DNA of 64,000 nt, from contig NC_086097.1 of assembly GCF_963921235.1 (NCBI RefSeq), forward strand, positions 211,980,001-212,044,000, in the 5' to 3' direction. Shown piece by piece: positions 11,301-26,300 of the stretch. The notes below the pieces were generated by a model. It did not search any database. It was given only the letters and a program-made list of their open reading frames with translations, and was not told where the DNA came from. Made by a program: the position numbers and the translations under genes. Origin of the DNA: Mobula hypostoma. Its lineage: Eukaryota. Positions within the stretch are counted from its first letter, which is position 1. Each line of letters starts with the position of its first letter.

Positions 11301-14300
11301 TTGAGCCCCAAGGAATTCCTGCATTGATGTTCTGGGGCTGAGATAATTAACTTACACCAACCACACTGTCTTCCTTTATGAGAAATATAACTGACCAATG
11401 TAGTTTTTTTTCCCCAGTGATGTCCATTTGTTTTTACTGTGGTATCACATTTAGCCGAATTGCCCCCTTGTTGACAAGGGGCATCACTCTGGTCCCATTT
11501 GTAGAATTCAGTTATTTGCTTTAATCTTAAGCCTAGAATTCAATTCCTTGGTCCATGTTTAGGTCAGGAGCCAAGTGGTCCTGGTGAAAACGTAACCAAG
11601 CATTGATAAATTAGTGCTGTTCAGAAAGCTTTGTATTCTTTCTTCACTATGCTAAGGATTCAAAATAGAACTGATCTGGTGAAAAGTAAAAGTAAATTCT
11701 GCATTTTGAGTGTGGCAATTTTGCACCCTGTTGGGAAGGTGCCAGTCATTGCAAATGTACTAGAACTGCTTGGCTAGAAGAATATCTAGTACCTCTAGCA
11801 CGTATAGTACCAGCACAATAGCATGGGTCTTCAGGACTAGAGCTGGAATGTTGTTTGGTCCCATAACCTTTGTTGTATTATTGTCAGATGTTCCTTGGTC
11901 TCAGCTGTTGTGAACTGAATTGGTCACAGGTTCTCTGATTATGGGATTTCAAGAGGAAATCCAGATCTCCATCTAAACTTCCACTACAAGTCACTTCTAA
12001 CAAAATGAGCCTTTTTTAGTGTGAATGGATCCTGCTCTTCATATTAGCTTATTAATTCTCCATCAGCATGCTCAACAAGATGTGGGAGTTAAGACATTGA
12101 CATTGCATTTAGATGCTACTGAGATTCAACATTGTTCAATCATCTGCAATCATCCCTACTTTTGATCTTACCACTGAAAGAAGGTTATTGAAAGTTAAGG
12201 AGCTTTGAGTGCAAATTGCATCTAATACAAAATGAGCTGCTGCAAACTTTTGTGGTTATTGAAAATAAATCATTGTTTTGCAGATTAACCTTGGCAGCAA
12301 AATTGGCTACACCCCAAGAGTTGATCACCACAGTGCATTCCTATAAGTTTCAGCCATTTTCATTTTTTAAGATTTTCTATAATGCATCTCAAGCAACCCC
12401 TGGTCTTTTAAAATTCATGTATCTGCCACTATAATGCAAAATGTACTGTATATTCTACATATTGATGCAGAATAATACATTATTCAACAAATACTATCTT
12501 GATAATGTTGCAAAGCTAATTACGTTGGGTTGAGAATTAGCAGATAGTGGATACTTCAAAATTTGTAAAGTATTGTATGCATGTGAAATATAGAGCAAGC
12601 ACCTAACACTGTCAGGGTAGTTAGTTACTGACAATATATATAACAGAGCTATCTGAAACTAGAGAACAGAAGTTCAGAGGAAGGGGTGAGAGGTTTCAAG
12701 GAGATCTGAGGAAGACCTTTTTGACCCGACCCAGAGAGTAGTTGGAATCTGGAAAAGATTTGTGGAATGGGTGGAGAAGGCAGGTACTCTCACACATCTG
12801 GCCTTGATGACTCCACATCTGTCCTTGACTCTATGATTGGATTGCTAACCTTGGGGTCAAGAACCCATGTAGTCAATAATGCTACAAATGTTTACATGAC
12901 TGCTTTTTTCTCAAGTTCAGCATTTAAACGCTGAATTAATGTTATCAAAATTCTGTTGGAGGAGTTGGGCAGATTCCTGTTTAATTCCACATGTGAGTTG
13001 ATAACCAGAAAATGCTTGAAACATTCTAATAGTCAAGAAACACTGAAGACTTTTATATAATTGGTACCAAAAAGGGATTAAATTTATAGGAGATTGTTTT
13101 GAGCGAGGTATATTGATGTCATTTGAACAATTAAAGGATAAATATAAAATATCTAATAATACTTTCTTTTGTTATTTTCAGTTAAGGGCTTACTTGATAG
13201 GTAAGCTGGGTCAAACAATGTTTTTGCCAAAAGCTAATGAAATTGAAATTTTAATTCAAAAAGGAAAAATTAAAAAATTTGTTTCTTGTATGTATAATTT
13301 GATTCAAGAACAGACAATTAAACAAGGAACCCATAAGTCAAAGCAAAAATGGGAAACAGATCTGAATATTAATATTGATGAGATAAATTGGTCAAGACTT
13401 TGTCTGGACAGTATGACAAATACAATAAATGTTCGACTTAGATTAGTACAATATAATGTTTTACACCAATTATATATTACACCACAAAAAATAAATAGAT
13501 TAAACTCAAATCTATCTGATAAATGTTTTCGGTGTAATCAAGAAATTGGTACTTTTTTACATTCTACTTGGTCTTGTTTTAAAATTCAACCTTTTTGGAT
13601 AAATTTAAGAATCTTATTGGAACAAATTACTGGAATTCAACTTCCACATAACCCTGTATTATTTCTATTAGGTGATATTGAAGGGATAAAACCGAAACTT
13701 AAATTGAATAAATATCAGAAAGAATTTATAAAAATTGCATTGGCAGTAGCTAAGAAGATTATAGCAGTTACTTGGAAATCTGATTTGTATTTAAGTATGG
13801 ATCGTTGGAATAATGAAATGGCTAGTTCTATTCCCTTGAAAAAATTACTTATAATTTAAGAGATAATTATGTAACATTCTTGAATATTTGGCGCCCTTAT
13901 TTACAAAAGATAGGATGTCATATTTAAGTGCTCCAACAAAGAATTTGGTTACTTGGGGAAAGTAACGAATAATTATACCAAATTTATTTTGAATCCCATG
14001 GAGCATGTGGAAACCTTCCAATACCCAGGCGGCTCTTTTTTTTTTCTTTCTTTCTTTTAGGTAGGGCTATATATGGCAGGGGGGAGGGTTAAGGGGAGGG
14101 GGGGTACATTTTATCTTTTCATGTATTCTTTTTGAAAATTTAATAAAAATTATATTAAAAAAAAGAAACACTGAAGAAAGTAAAACAGCCAATTCTGAAG
14201 TCAATGATCTTTCACTTCTCCTGAGAAAAGTTATAAAACAATTTTCTATATGACTGACGTTGCAGAGAAAAAGGAGGGGTGGAAAGAAGTGAGGAAAGCT

Positions 14301-17300
14301 GTCACTATTTTAGCGAAGCCCAATGTAAGCTTGAGAAACATCTTGCCTCCTGACTAATATTGCTAAAATCCTGGATTTCAACATTCAGTTCAGCAATTTC
14401 ATATATCAAACCTTTCGAGTTTGTGTCAGAACTGATCAGTTCTGGTGCAAGAACAGGGAATGCTGGGAATCAAGTTGCACCTACGAGGAAGGGATAACCT
14501 AGCGTTTTGATTCACTGGTGATAGGTTGCCAACCTGGTTCCATGCCTCGCTCTTGAAAGTTTTTTATTTAAAATTTCCAGCATTTTCAGTTCTGTTTTCT
14601 GATTTTCATTTACTGAGTTTTCCCAGAATTCTCTTTATTTCAGATTTCCAGCAACATCCATGTTCTGTATCAGCTGTCACTCCATCCCTCCCTCGCTCTC
14701 TCCCCCCCACCCCCCACTCTTTCCCCATCAGTTCACTCTTCCTCCAGCCAGGCTCCTTGTTACTAACAAGACTTCAGCATTCTCTCTCCATCCATCTCTC
14801 TTGATATTCACCATATCACAAGTATTCTCCTTGATTTCCCCAGTTTCTCCCACTTCTCTGCATTTGGGTCTCCCAGTAATGACAAAAGGTTATAGACCTG
14901 ACTCTGTTTCACGTTCAGCAGTGTGGCCTGGCACGCAAAATATTTCCAGTGTTTTTTGATTTTTTTTTCAAAGTACATTAAGTATTTATTTACTGAGTAG
15001 GCCCTTCGAGCCACACTGCCCAGCAATTCCCCCAATTTAATCCTAGCCTAATCATGGGACAATGTACAATGACCAATTAACCTACCAACCAGTACATCAT
15101 CGGACGGTGGGAAGAAACTGCAGCACCCAGGGGAAACCCACGCGGTCACAGGGAGAACATAACTCCTTACAACTCCTTACAGGCAGTGGTGGGAAATAAA
15201 CCTGGGTTGCCTGTACTGTAAAGCATTGTGCTAACCACTACACCAGCATGCCACTTTGATAAATGGGCAATCATGGCACACAAAGCTCTGTGATAAGCGT
15301 TCCTGCTAAATCACAAAATAGTATTCTCTTGATATAATTTGGATAACCGTGACCTTAGTGAACTTTTAAAATTAACTGTTTTATTTAGCTTTAGCCGAAT
15401 TTCAGCCAGCAAATGCTAAGTTCACACTGAAAATTTTTGAAGATACTGATAGGGAAAAGATCCATTTTCTGGATTGGATAGAATTTGGTTTTTACTTCAT
15501 GTGTAATAGCCTTCAGCTATTTCCATTAATATATATTATCCAATGACTGGTATTAACAGTTACTTTTAATTGGTAATTAAAATTGTCTTTTTTTATAGAT
15601 TTAATAATCTTTTGTCAGCTTCTTAATTTGATAATTATATAGGTGAATTCCTCAGAGCTTCTGCACGTTGTCGGTTGCAGTTGGAAGATGTGCAGGGATT
15701 ACTGATTTGTTTGGTTATTTTACTGTTCTACTTTTCACAGAAGAGAAGGCGAGCCTCCAGTTGAAAATGGATGGATTCCATACTTGGGTTGTGCTTTAGC
15801 ATTTAGTGCAAATCCTCTCAAGTTTCTACAAACTTACCAGAAGAAGTATGGAGATACTTTTACTTGTAAGATAGCTGGGAACTTCATCACGTTTATCACT
15901 GACCCCTTCTCATACAGTTCTGTCATTCGGCATGGAAAATATCTTGACTTTCAGAACTTTGGAATAAAAGTTTCAAGAAGGGTAAGGTGTTCATACATAT
16001 TCCAAGGTGTTTTATGTAATGCAAGGTAAAATGATTAGCTTGCTAGGAATTTAATTTGTTTTATCTATTTTAGCTCTAGTATCACGTTGATGAAGAAGCA
16101 ATTAACAGCAAATTGGGTGCGATTATAGTAGTTAAAACAGTTGTAATTTGTAATTAATTAAATGCATACTTATTTTAAAAGTTTATTCATTTTTAAAATG
16201 TGTTATTGTATTGGACTTAAAATTCTATTAATCGAATTGTAAAAATCTTAAAACAGATTAGTCAGAATTAGTAATAGCACACAATGTTTAACAGCATTTT
16301 TAAAACAAAATGGTTTTCCCTTTAGCTCAAAGGGTCTGGTCAACAATGAAGCAATTGTAATATTTGACTCTTGCATTATTGGTTATAGGCATTATTTTGG
16401 TGTAAAGTTAGAAGTAATACACTTTAGCATTTCACATTATTTAAACAATAGTTTAAAAAAGATAACTAGGAATTAAAATTTCTGGTTTAAGATTGTGCTG
16501 AAGATGGGCCACAGCTTACTGGCGCTTCATGAAGCAAGGCATACAACTAAATAATTAATAACACTTTTTCTGTGGAAAATCGTGGTAACCTATCACTGCA
16601 AGCAATGAAGAGGTGAGCAAAGGTGAGGCTGACTAGAGCGTTGAGGTGTGTAGGTGCGAAGCAAGGTTGGAGCGAGGTCGAGGCATGTTCGAGTGCTACC
16701 GAGAAAAGCTGGAGTGGAGGAGTCTTGGTTTAGTTGGACAGGCTCCAAGGGTGAGGTTGGGCTGATCTAAGTGCTGGCCAATTTGGAAAGATCGGGCACG
16801 GGCCGAAACATGGCCGCAGGGTCTGGGCCCAGAGCGCATTGCTGCGGTGGGGCCTGGGTCCAACCTGGTGTTTGGATAATTTAAATGCTGAGCCAGATAG
16901 ACTGAGAAAGCAGGGTGTTGGGACCAGAGGCAAGGGTCGGGCTGGCTCTATTCACTGCTCCCTGAGGTCTACTCTGCTCTCTGCGGTACTGAGGTTGTGT
17001 CCTGCGCCAGTTCTTCCAAGCTTCGTGACTTGCCCCGCTGTATGATGAACTGAAGCTGAGGATATTGACCTGCTTCAGCTGTTCTGGGTTTTGTGTCTAT
17101 GACCTCACTGTTTAGATTAGATTAGATTCAACCTTATTGTCATTGTGCCAAGTACAGATACAAGGCCAATGAAATACAGTTAGCATCTAACCAGAAATGC
17201 AAAGAACAGTGTTATTTACAAAATAACTACGAATAAAAAATAAACGCTACAGCACACAAGTATAAAAGTACTGAGACAGTACAATATGGGTGCAATACTG

Positions 17301-20300
17301 CTTAGCGCTGTGATGTGAGGTTCAGCAGGGTCACAGCCTAAGGGAAGAAGCTCCTCCTGTGCCTGCTGGTGCAGGAGCAGAGGCTCCTGTAGCGCCTACC
17401 GGATGGGAGGAGAGTTAAAAAGTCCATGGTTAGGGTGAGATGCATCCTTGATAATGCTTTTCACTCTGCCCCGGCAGCGTTTATGGTAGGTGTTCCCAAT
17501 GGTGGGCAATTGGGTGCCAATAATCTGCTGGGCAATTTTCACCACACGCTGGGGTGCTTTGCGGTCCAATACGGGACAATTGCCATACCACACTGAGATG
17601 CAGTTGGTGAGTATACTCCCAATGGTACAGCGGTAAAAGTCCGTCAGTATCCCGGGACAGAGGTGAGCTTTCTTGATGCTCTGCAGGAAATAAAGGTGCT
17701 GTTGTGCCTTTTTGATCAGGATGGAGGAGTTCAGGGACCACGTGAGATACTCGGAAATGTGGACACCAAGGAATTTGAAGGTTGATACTTTTCTTTGCCA
17801 TATCCTGCAGTTTTGTTGTTTCCATGGATATTAGTTCACCTTGTACACTTTAAAGGCATCTAAACACTTAATGGTTTAAAAAAAGCATTAGTTTCAGTAT
17901 CATTCTTTTCAATAATTCTAAAAGATGGCATAAAATATATGAAACTTAATGAATTATTTCTACAAAACTTAATACTGGAAGATACTAAAAAAGTTAATTT
18001 TACCTGTAACAAGTTTTTGTTAAACGTGAACTCCAATAGAGAACTGGGCAAAAAATAATGGCATTACCTAGTACAGTAAGTTCCTTGTTTAGCTTGCATC
18101 AGAATTGTCTGGCACCTTTGAACTGCATTCTCCCAAATCCCTTTGAATTCTTTATTTGCTTCTAGACGTTCTAGCATAGACACTGTATAAGTAACAATGA
18201 GAATCCCCATTAGCACATGATAAGCTGCTTTTCACATAAAAGCGCACACACACTAGCCACATTGATTTCCAAAAGTATTTAATCCATCCCATTTGAAGAA
18301 ATGGAAACTCTGAAGCATCAATGAACTGGTTGCTAGGTGATTTTCACATCTTTGCAAAAGTGTTTGTAGGAAGAGTTCAATATAAATTGGCTATTGTTGA
18401 GGACCACTGCCAAATATTTATGACCATAACTAATTTAAAGATTAATTGTTTCTATTAATAATTTTTGATGTTGTGAAATAAGTAGTAGGAATATTTTCTC
18501 ACTTTTTGAAGAGGTACGTAAGTAAATGCGTGAGTGCGTTTATTAGAAAAGGTTGACTATTGACCAGTCCTGAGGTAACTCTAATTCAAAACAAGTGATT
18601 AGGATGTTTGTAATGGAAGTACTTTAGAAATTCAAAAACACTGTAGATGCTACCAATCTGAAATAGGAATAAAATACAGGAAGCTATCAACAAATCAGAT
18701 AACTCTTAGAAACATTTTAATGATTCATGTAAAAAGCCCTTTATCTGAATTTCCTATTCCTATTGGGGGTTACTTGGTGGCACAGCTCAAAGAGCTGCCT
18801 TAATGACTATCACCCAGTAGCACTCACATCTACAGTAATGAAATGCTTCGGGAGGTTGGTCATGACTAGACTGAACTCCTGCCTCAGCAAGGACCTGGAC
18901 CCATGGCAATTTGCCTGTTGCCACAATAGGTCAACGGCAGATGCAATCTCAATCTCAAACACTTACATCAGGATGCTCTTCATCAACTATGGCTTGGCAT
19001 TTAATACCTTCATTCCCACAATCCTGATTGAGAAGTTGCAGAACCTGGGCCTCTGTAGCTACCTTCTTCAATTGGATTCTCGACTTCCTAACTTGGAAGG
19101 CCACAACCTGTGCAGATTGGTGATAACATCTCCTCGCCGACTATCAACACTGGTGCACCTCTCTGTATACCCGTGAGTGTGTGGCTAGGCAGAAATCAAA
19201 TACCATCTATAAATTTACTGATGATACAACCATTGTTGGTAGAATCTCAGATGGTGATGAGAGGACATACAGCAGTGAGATACGCCAGGTGGTGTTGCAA
19301 CAACAACCTGGCACTCAACGTCAGTAAGACGAAAGAGCTGATTGTGGACTTCAGGAAGGCTAAGACGAGGGAACATATAGCAATCCTCATAGAGGGATCA
19401 GAAGTGGAGAGAGTGAGCAGCTTCAAGTTCCTGGGTATCAAGATCTCTGAGGACCTAACCTGGTCCCAACATATTGATGCAGTTATAAAGAAGGCAAGAC
19501 AGTGACTATACTTCATTAGGAGTTTGAGGAGATTTGGGATGTCAACGAATACACTCAAAAACTTCTATAGATGTACCATGGAGAACATTCTGACAGGCTG
19601 CATCACTGTCTGGTAAGGGGTGGGGCGGGGGGAGGGACTATTGCACAGGACCAGAAGAAGCTGCGGAGGGTTATAAACTTAGTTGGCTCCATCTTGGGTA
19701 CTAGCCTACAAAGTACCCAGGACATCTTCAAGGAGCGGTGTCTCAGAAAGGCAGCGTCCATTATTAAGGACCTCCAGCACCCAGGGCATGCCCTTTCCTC
19801 ACTGTTACCATCAGGTAGGAGGTACAGGAGCCTGAAGGCACACACTCAGCGATTCAGGAACAGCTTCTCCCCTATGCCATCCGATTCTTAAATAGACATT
19901 GAATTCTGAACACCACCTTACTTTTTTTTTGTAATTTATTTGTTATTGAATTTCATCTTCATAACAAACATTTCCATAAGATGTATTTCAGATACTGTAC
20001 ATATATATCATATAATCATATTTGTCACAAATCTCTGCATAATATTTATCTGAGGTATACACTTGTAGAAAGGAGAGGAAAGAAAGAACAATCGAAAGAA
20101 GAAAACTATGTACAGAGTAGGGAGTAATCTTTTAGTATTTCTGTTTTTGCATAATTTTTAATCTATTCGATATAGGTACAGTATATGGAAATTGATTTAT
20201 TATTATTATTTTTTTCTGTATTGTGTATTGTATTATGTATTGCACTGAACTGCTGCTGCTCAGTTAACAAATTTCATGACACATGCTGGTGATAATAAAC

Positions 20301-23300
20301 CTGGTTCTGATTCTGAGAAGGGCTTGTTCTACAGTGTATCTCATTCAATGAATAAGTAAAACGATACTGCATCTCATTAATAGTGATGCACAGAACAACT
20401 GCCCATAGATATTATTAGTGAGTTTAATATTATTATGACAGGGTGCAGTAAAAAAACTTTGTTTGCATGTCATCTATACAGATCACTGCATCAGTACAAA
20501 GGGAAAGCAATATACAAATGCAGAATATATAGTGTTGCAGTTATAGAGAAAATGCCATATGTAACCAGATAACATGATGAGGTAAATAGTGAGATCAAGA
20601 GTCCACCTTATAATGCAATAGTCTGAGAACAGTGGGATAGAAGCTTTCCTTGAGCCTGGATGTATGTGCTTTTGAGCTTTTGTGTCTTGTGCTCAATGAG
20701 AGGAGGGAGAAGAGTGGATGTCCAGGATGGGTGGAGTATCTTGGCTGCTTTTCCAAGGCAATGAGAAGTGTAGCGAGAATCCATGGGGGGAAAAAAAGCG
20801 GATTTCCATGATATGCTGAGCTACTTCACTACTTTGAGCAGTTGCCATGCTAAGTCATGATGCATAGGATCGAATGTGTTCAGTGGTAACAGGGACAAGC
20901 CAAATTTCCTTAGTCTTCTGGGGAAGCAGAGATTCTGATGCACTTTCTTGGTGATGGGATTTGCGTTGTTGGAGCAGGACAAGCTATTGATGCTGTTTAC
21001 ATCTAGAACCTCGAAGGAGAAGACAGCTGGCAGAGATTGATGTGAATAGTCTTAGTTTTAAGAAGACCATATCGAAGGAGTCTTCAGAGAACTACAGATT
21101 TGGCTTCTTCTGTTCAGTTGTCCCGCGCATTCAAAATAACGAGAAAGGGGGGAGAAAACACAGTTCGGTAAGAAAACAAATTTTAGACCAATTTCCAAGT
21201 CCTGCAAATTAATGGCTCCCAGCAGTCCAGCCTGTAATCACCAATCTGCCACTGGAGGGCAGCACTAGTTGGGAGAGGCCACCTCCCAGCCTTGCCTAGA
21301 CACCACTCCACAATGCAAGCCCAAGGACTGAAGCCTAGTTCTAGTTACAAATGCAGCAGCACTGCTTTCTCATTGTCTGACGCCCACCAAACAAGGGAAG
21401 CAGACCTGTGGCAATCAATGTCTTGTGATTGCAAAAGAAATGTCTACGACTTTGCTGATATTGTGAAAGTAATGCAGGAACACCTAGAATAAACCTACAA
21501 TGTTTCTTAACAGTTTGGGTTTCATAAGTGGAATCAAAAGGCAGCTTATTCAATTATGTGGCTAAATTGACAAAATTGTCTGAGCACTGATGGGCTTAAT
21601 GATGCACTGAGAGATCATTTAGTTCATGGAATCTAACAAGAAAGCATTCAAAAACAACTCTTAATTGAAGCACAACTCACATTTAAAAGAGCAGTTGAAA
21701 TTACTGTATCAATGGAAATAGTAGACAGACGCAATTAAGGAATGAAAGTGAGTGTGAACAAAATTGCAGCATCTAAACTGAGACCTGCTTGACTGAACAA
21801 AATGTGTTATTGTTGTGGCAGGGGCTCACATGTACCAGACTAATTCAGGTTTCAAAACTAGCAGAAAATTCAACAAAGTAGGACTAATACAAAGTAAATG
21901 TTGGGCAGGCAAAAATAAATGGACTGCTTAGGGAAGACAAAAAGCTAAAAAGTCAAGTTGATCTTTCAAAAAGAGCCCTAATCTGCATGCTGTTGAAAAT
22001 TCTGATAATGACGGAGTGACACAGGACCGAGTAGCCTTGAGATTTACAGTTTTAAAAACTAACATGAGACGAGCAATATGGCTTACACCAGAAATGAACG
22101 ACAAATTAATTAAAATGGAATTGGACATTGTCTCAGCTAGTTCAGTCATTCCACAAAATGAGTTGTGACACCAGTCAGCCAGATATTCAATCTCCCTCCT
22201 ATGTGACTGTACATTCGCCACTACCTTTTATTTGGCCAACAATAGTGGTGTCATCAGCAAACTTAAACATAGTATTGGAGTTGTGCTTAGACACACACTC
22301 ACAAGTAAAGTGAGTAGAGCAGGAGGTGAGTTACATGGCCTTTTGGAGCATCTCTGCTGATTGTGGAGGAGATGTTGTTGCCGGTCCAAACTGACTGGGG
22401 TCTGCAAGTGAGGAAATCGAGAATCTAATTGCACTAATATGTATTGAGGCCAAGGTCTTGAAGCTTATTGATTAGTTTTGAGGGGATGAGCTGTAGTCAA
22501 GAAGGAGCACCCTGACGTATGCAGCTTTGCTGTCCAGATGTTCAGGGTTGAGTGAAGAGCCAAAGAAATGACACCAATTGGAGTGGATCCAAGTCACTCC
22601 ATAGGCAGGAGTTGATATGTTTCACAAACCTCTCAAAACATTCCATCACTGTGGATGTAAGTGCTACTGGAGGATAGTCATAGAGGCAGGTCACCACGTT
22701 CTTCTTAGGCACCAATATAAGTGAAGCCTGCTTAAAGCAGGTGGGTACCTCAGACTGTCAGAGAGAGTACTCTAGCCACGGGCACAAGTTTCCTGGTAGT
22801 GGTGGATGCAACTATAAAGTGGGTCAGAAAGAGTTCCCAATACTCTCCACTATAGCCTTCCACACCGTCGATGTGTGGAGAAGCCTCTTCTAAAGGGCTG
22901 ATGTTCCAGAACACTTAGTCAGTGAAAATGGGCCACAGTTTGTTGTGGAACAGTTTCAGTCATTCCTGAAAATGAATGGTGTAAGACATATTATACCATA
23001 CCACACAGCTACAAATGGCTTGGTGGAAAGGTTTGTCCAGACCCAAAGAATGCACTGTGAGCAATGTCAGCAGAATACATTACATTGCACTGAATCAGAA
23101 GCTTGCCAATGTCCTTGTATATCCACAACCAACAACTTGCCTGCTATGCAGTTCCCTTCCGCCCAATCTCAGAAGGAGTATGCAGGACAAAGAGCTGAAA
23201 TAAAATGAGGGCTCCTCAAACGAAGAGGTTCAGTGTTTTACTCCTGGACAAGCAGTCATTGCGAGGGAGTACAGAGGTGATCAAAAGTGTGGACTTGGAA

Positions 23301-26300
23301 AGATTATGGATGGAACTGGACCATTCTCCTACACAGTAGAGATGACACATTGATCAGTTGAGGAGAACAGAGTCGATTGTTAGAGAAGAAAGGTGTCCAA
23401 AGCTGTTAGAACTATTTCCTGCTGTCCCAGAGTCAACTCCTACAACCATCATGGAGGTGGCCCCAGAACTTGAGATTGTTTCACAGCTGCAAGTCTCATC
23501 TAGTAAACAGAGTGAACCCAACCCCGGTCAGGAAAGTTGTTATTCCACAGCGATTAAACCTTTCGGCCTCAATGGGACAATTTAAAATAAAAACGTCCTG
23601 ACGAAGGGTCTCAGCCTGAAATGTCGACTGTACCTCTTCCTAGAGGTGCTACCTGGCCTGCTGCATTCACCAGCAACTTTGATGTGTGTAGCACAATACA
23701 GGCTCTTCGGCCCACAAAGTTGTGCCAAACATGTGCCTACCTTAGAAATTACTAGGCTTACCCATAGCCCTCTATTTTTCTAGGCTCCATGTACCTATCT
23801 AAAAGTCTCATAAAAGACCCTATCGTATCCGCCTCCACCACCATTGCTGGCAGCCCATTCCACGCACTCACCACTCTCTGAGTAAAACACTTACCCCCCT
23901 GACATCTCCTCTGTACCTACTCCCAGGCACCTTAAACCTGTGTCCACTTGTGGCAACCATTTCAGCCCTGGGAAAAAGCCTCTGACTATCCACACGATCA
24001 ATGTCTCTCATAATCTTACACACATCTATCAGGTCACCTCTCATCCTTCGTTGCTCCAAGGAGAAAAGGCCAAGTTCACTCAACCTGTCTTCATAAGGCA
24101 TACTCCCCAATCCAGGCAACATCCTTGTAAATCTCCTCTGCACCATTTCTATGGTTTCCACACCCTTCCTGTAGTGAGGCGATCAGAAGTGAGCACAGTA
24201 CTCCAAGTGGGGTCTGACCAGGATCCTATATAGCTGCAACATTACCTCTCGGCTCCTAAATTCAATTCCATGATTGATGGAGGCCAATACACCGTACGCC
24301 TTCTTAACCACAGAGTCAACCTGCGCAGCTGCTTTGAGTGTCCTGTGGACTCGGACCCCAAGATCCCTCTGATCCTCCACACTGCCAAGAGTCTTACCAT
24401 TAATACTATATTCTGCCATCATATTTGACCTACCAAAATGAACCACGTCACACTTATCTGGGTTGAACTCTATCTGCCACTTTTCAGCCCAGTTTTGCAT
24501 CCTATCAATGTCCCGCTGTAACTTCTGTCAGCCCTCCAGACTATCCATAACACCTCCAACCATTGTGTCATCAGCAAACTTTCTAACCCATCCCTCCACT
24601 TCCTCATCCAGGTCATTTATAAAAATTACGAAGAGTAAGGGTCCCAGAACAGATCCCTGAGTCACACCACTGGTCACCGACCTCCATGCAGAATATGACC
24701 CATCCACAACCACTCCTTGCTTTCTGTGGGCAAGCCAGTTCTGAATCTACAAAGCAATGTCCCCTTGGATCCCATGCTTTCTTACTTTTTCAATAAGCCT
24801 TGCATGGGGTACCTTATCAAATGCCTTGCTGAAATCCATATACAGTACACTACATCTACTGCTCTTCCTTCATCAATGTGTTTAGTCACATCTCCAAAAA
24901 AATTCCATCAGGCTCGTAAGGCACGACCTGCCCTTGACAAATCCATGCTGTCTATTCCTAATCATATTTACCTCTCCAAATGTTCATAAATCCTGCCTCT
25001 CAGGATCTTCTCCATCAACTTACCAACCACTGAGGTAAGACTCACTGGTCTACAATTTTCTGGGCTACCTCTACTCCCTTTCTTGAATAAAGGAACAACA
25101 TCTGCAGCCCTCCAATCCTCCAGAACCTCTCCCGACCCCACTGATGATTCAAAGATCATAGCCAGAGGCTCAGCAATCTCCCCCCTCGCCTCCCACAGTA
25201 GCCTGGGGTACACCTCATCTGGTCCCAGCGACTTATCTAACTTGATGCTTTCTAAAAGCTCCAGCACATCCTCTTTCTTAATATCTACATGCTCAAGTTT
25301 TTCAGTCTGCTGCAAGTCAGCACTACAATCACCAAGATCCTTTTCCATAGTGAATACTGAAGTAAAGTATTCATTAAGTACCTCTGCTATTTCCTCTGGT
25401 TCTATACACACTTTCCCACTGTCATATTTGATAGGTCCTATTCTTTCCCGTCTTATCCTCTTTCTCTTCACATACCTGTAGAATGCCTTATGATTTTCCT
25501 TAATCCTGCCTGCCAGGGCCTTCTCATGGTCCCTTCTGGCTCTCCTAATTTCATTCTTAGCTCCTTCCTGTTAGCCTTATAATCTTCTAGATCTCTAACA
25601 TTACCTAGCTCTCTGAACCTTTTGTAAGCTTTGCTTTTCTTCTTGACTAGATTTCTTACAGCCTTTGTACACCCACAGTTCCTGTACCCTCCCATAACTT
25701 CCCTGTCTCATTGGAACGTACCTGTGCAGAACTCCACACAAATATCCCCTGAACATTTGCCACATTTCTGATGTACTTTTCCCTGAGAACATCTGTTCCC
25801 AATTTAAGCTTCCAATTTCTTGCCTGATAGCCTCATAATTCCCCTTACTCCAGTTAAACCTTTTTCTAACTTATCTGCTCCTATCTCTCTCCAATGAGTA
25901 AAGGAGATAGAATTATGATCACTGTCTCCAAAATGCTCTCCCACTGAGAGATCGGACACCTGACTGGGTTCATTAACCAATACCAAATCAAGTACAGTCT
26001 CTCCTCTTGTAGGCTTATCTGCATATTGTGTCAAGAAACCTTCCTGAACACACCTAACAAACTCCACCCCATCTAAACCCCTTGCTCTAGGGAGATGCCA
26101 ATCGATATTTGGGAAATTAAAATCTCCCATCACGACAACTCTTATTATTACACCTTTCCAGGACCTGTTTCCCTATCTGCTCCTCGATATCCCTGTTACT
26201 ATTGGGCAGCCTATTAAAAATACCAGATAAAGTTATTGACCCCTTCCTGTTCCTAAATATACTGTGATGTGGATACCTATATAGTAGTTATATTATATAG

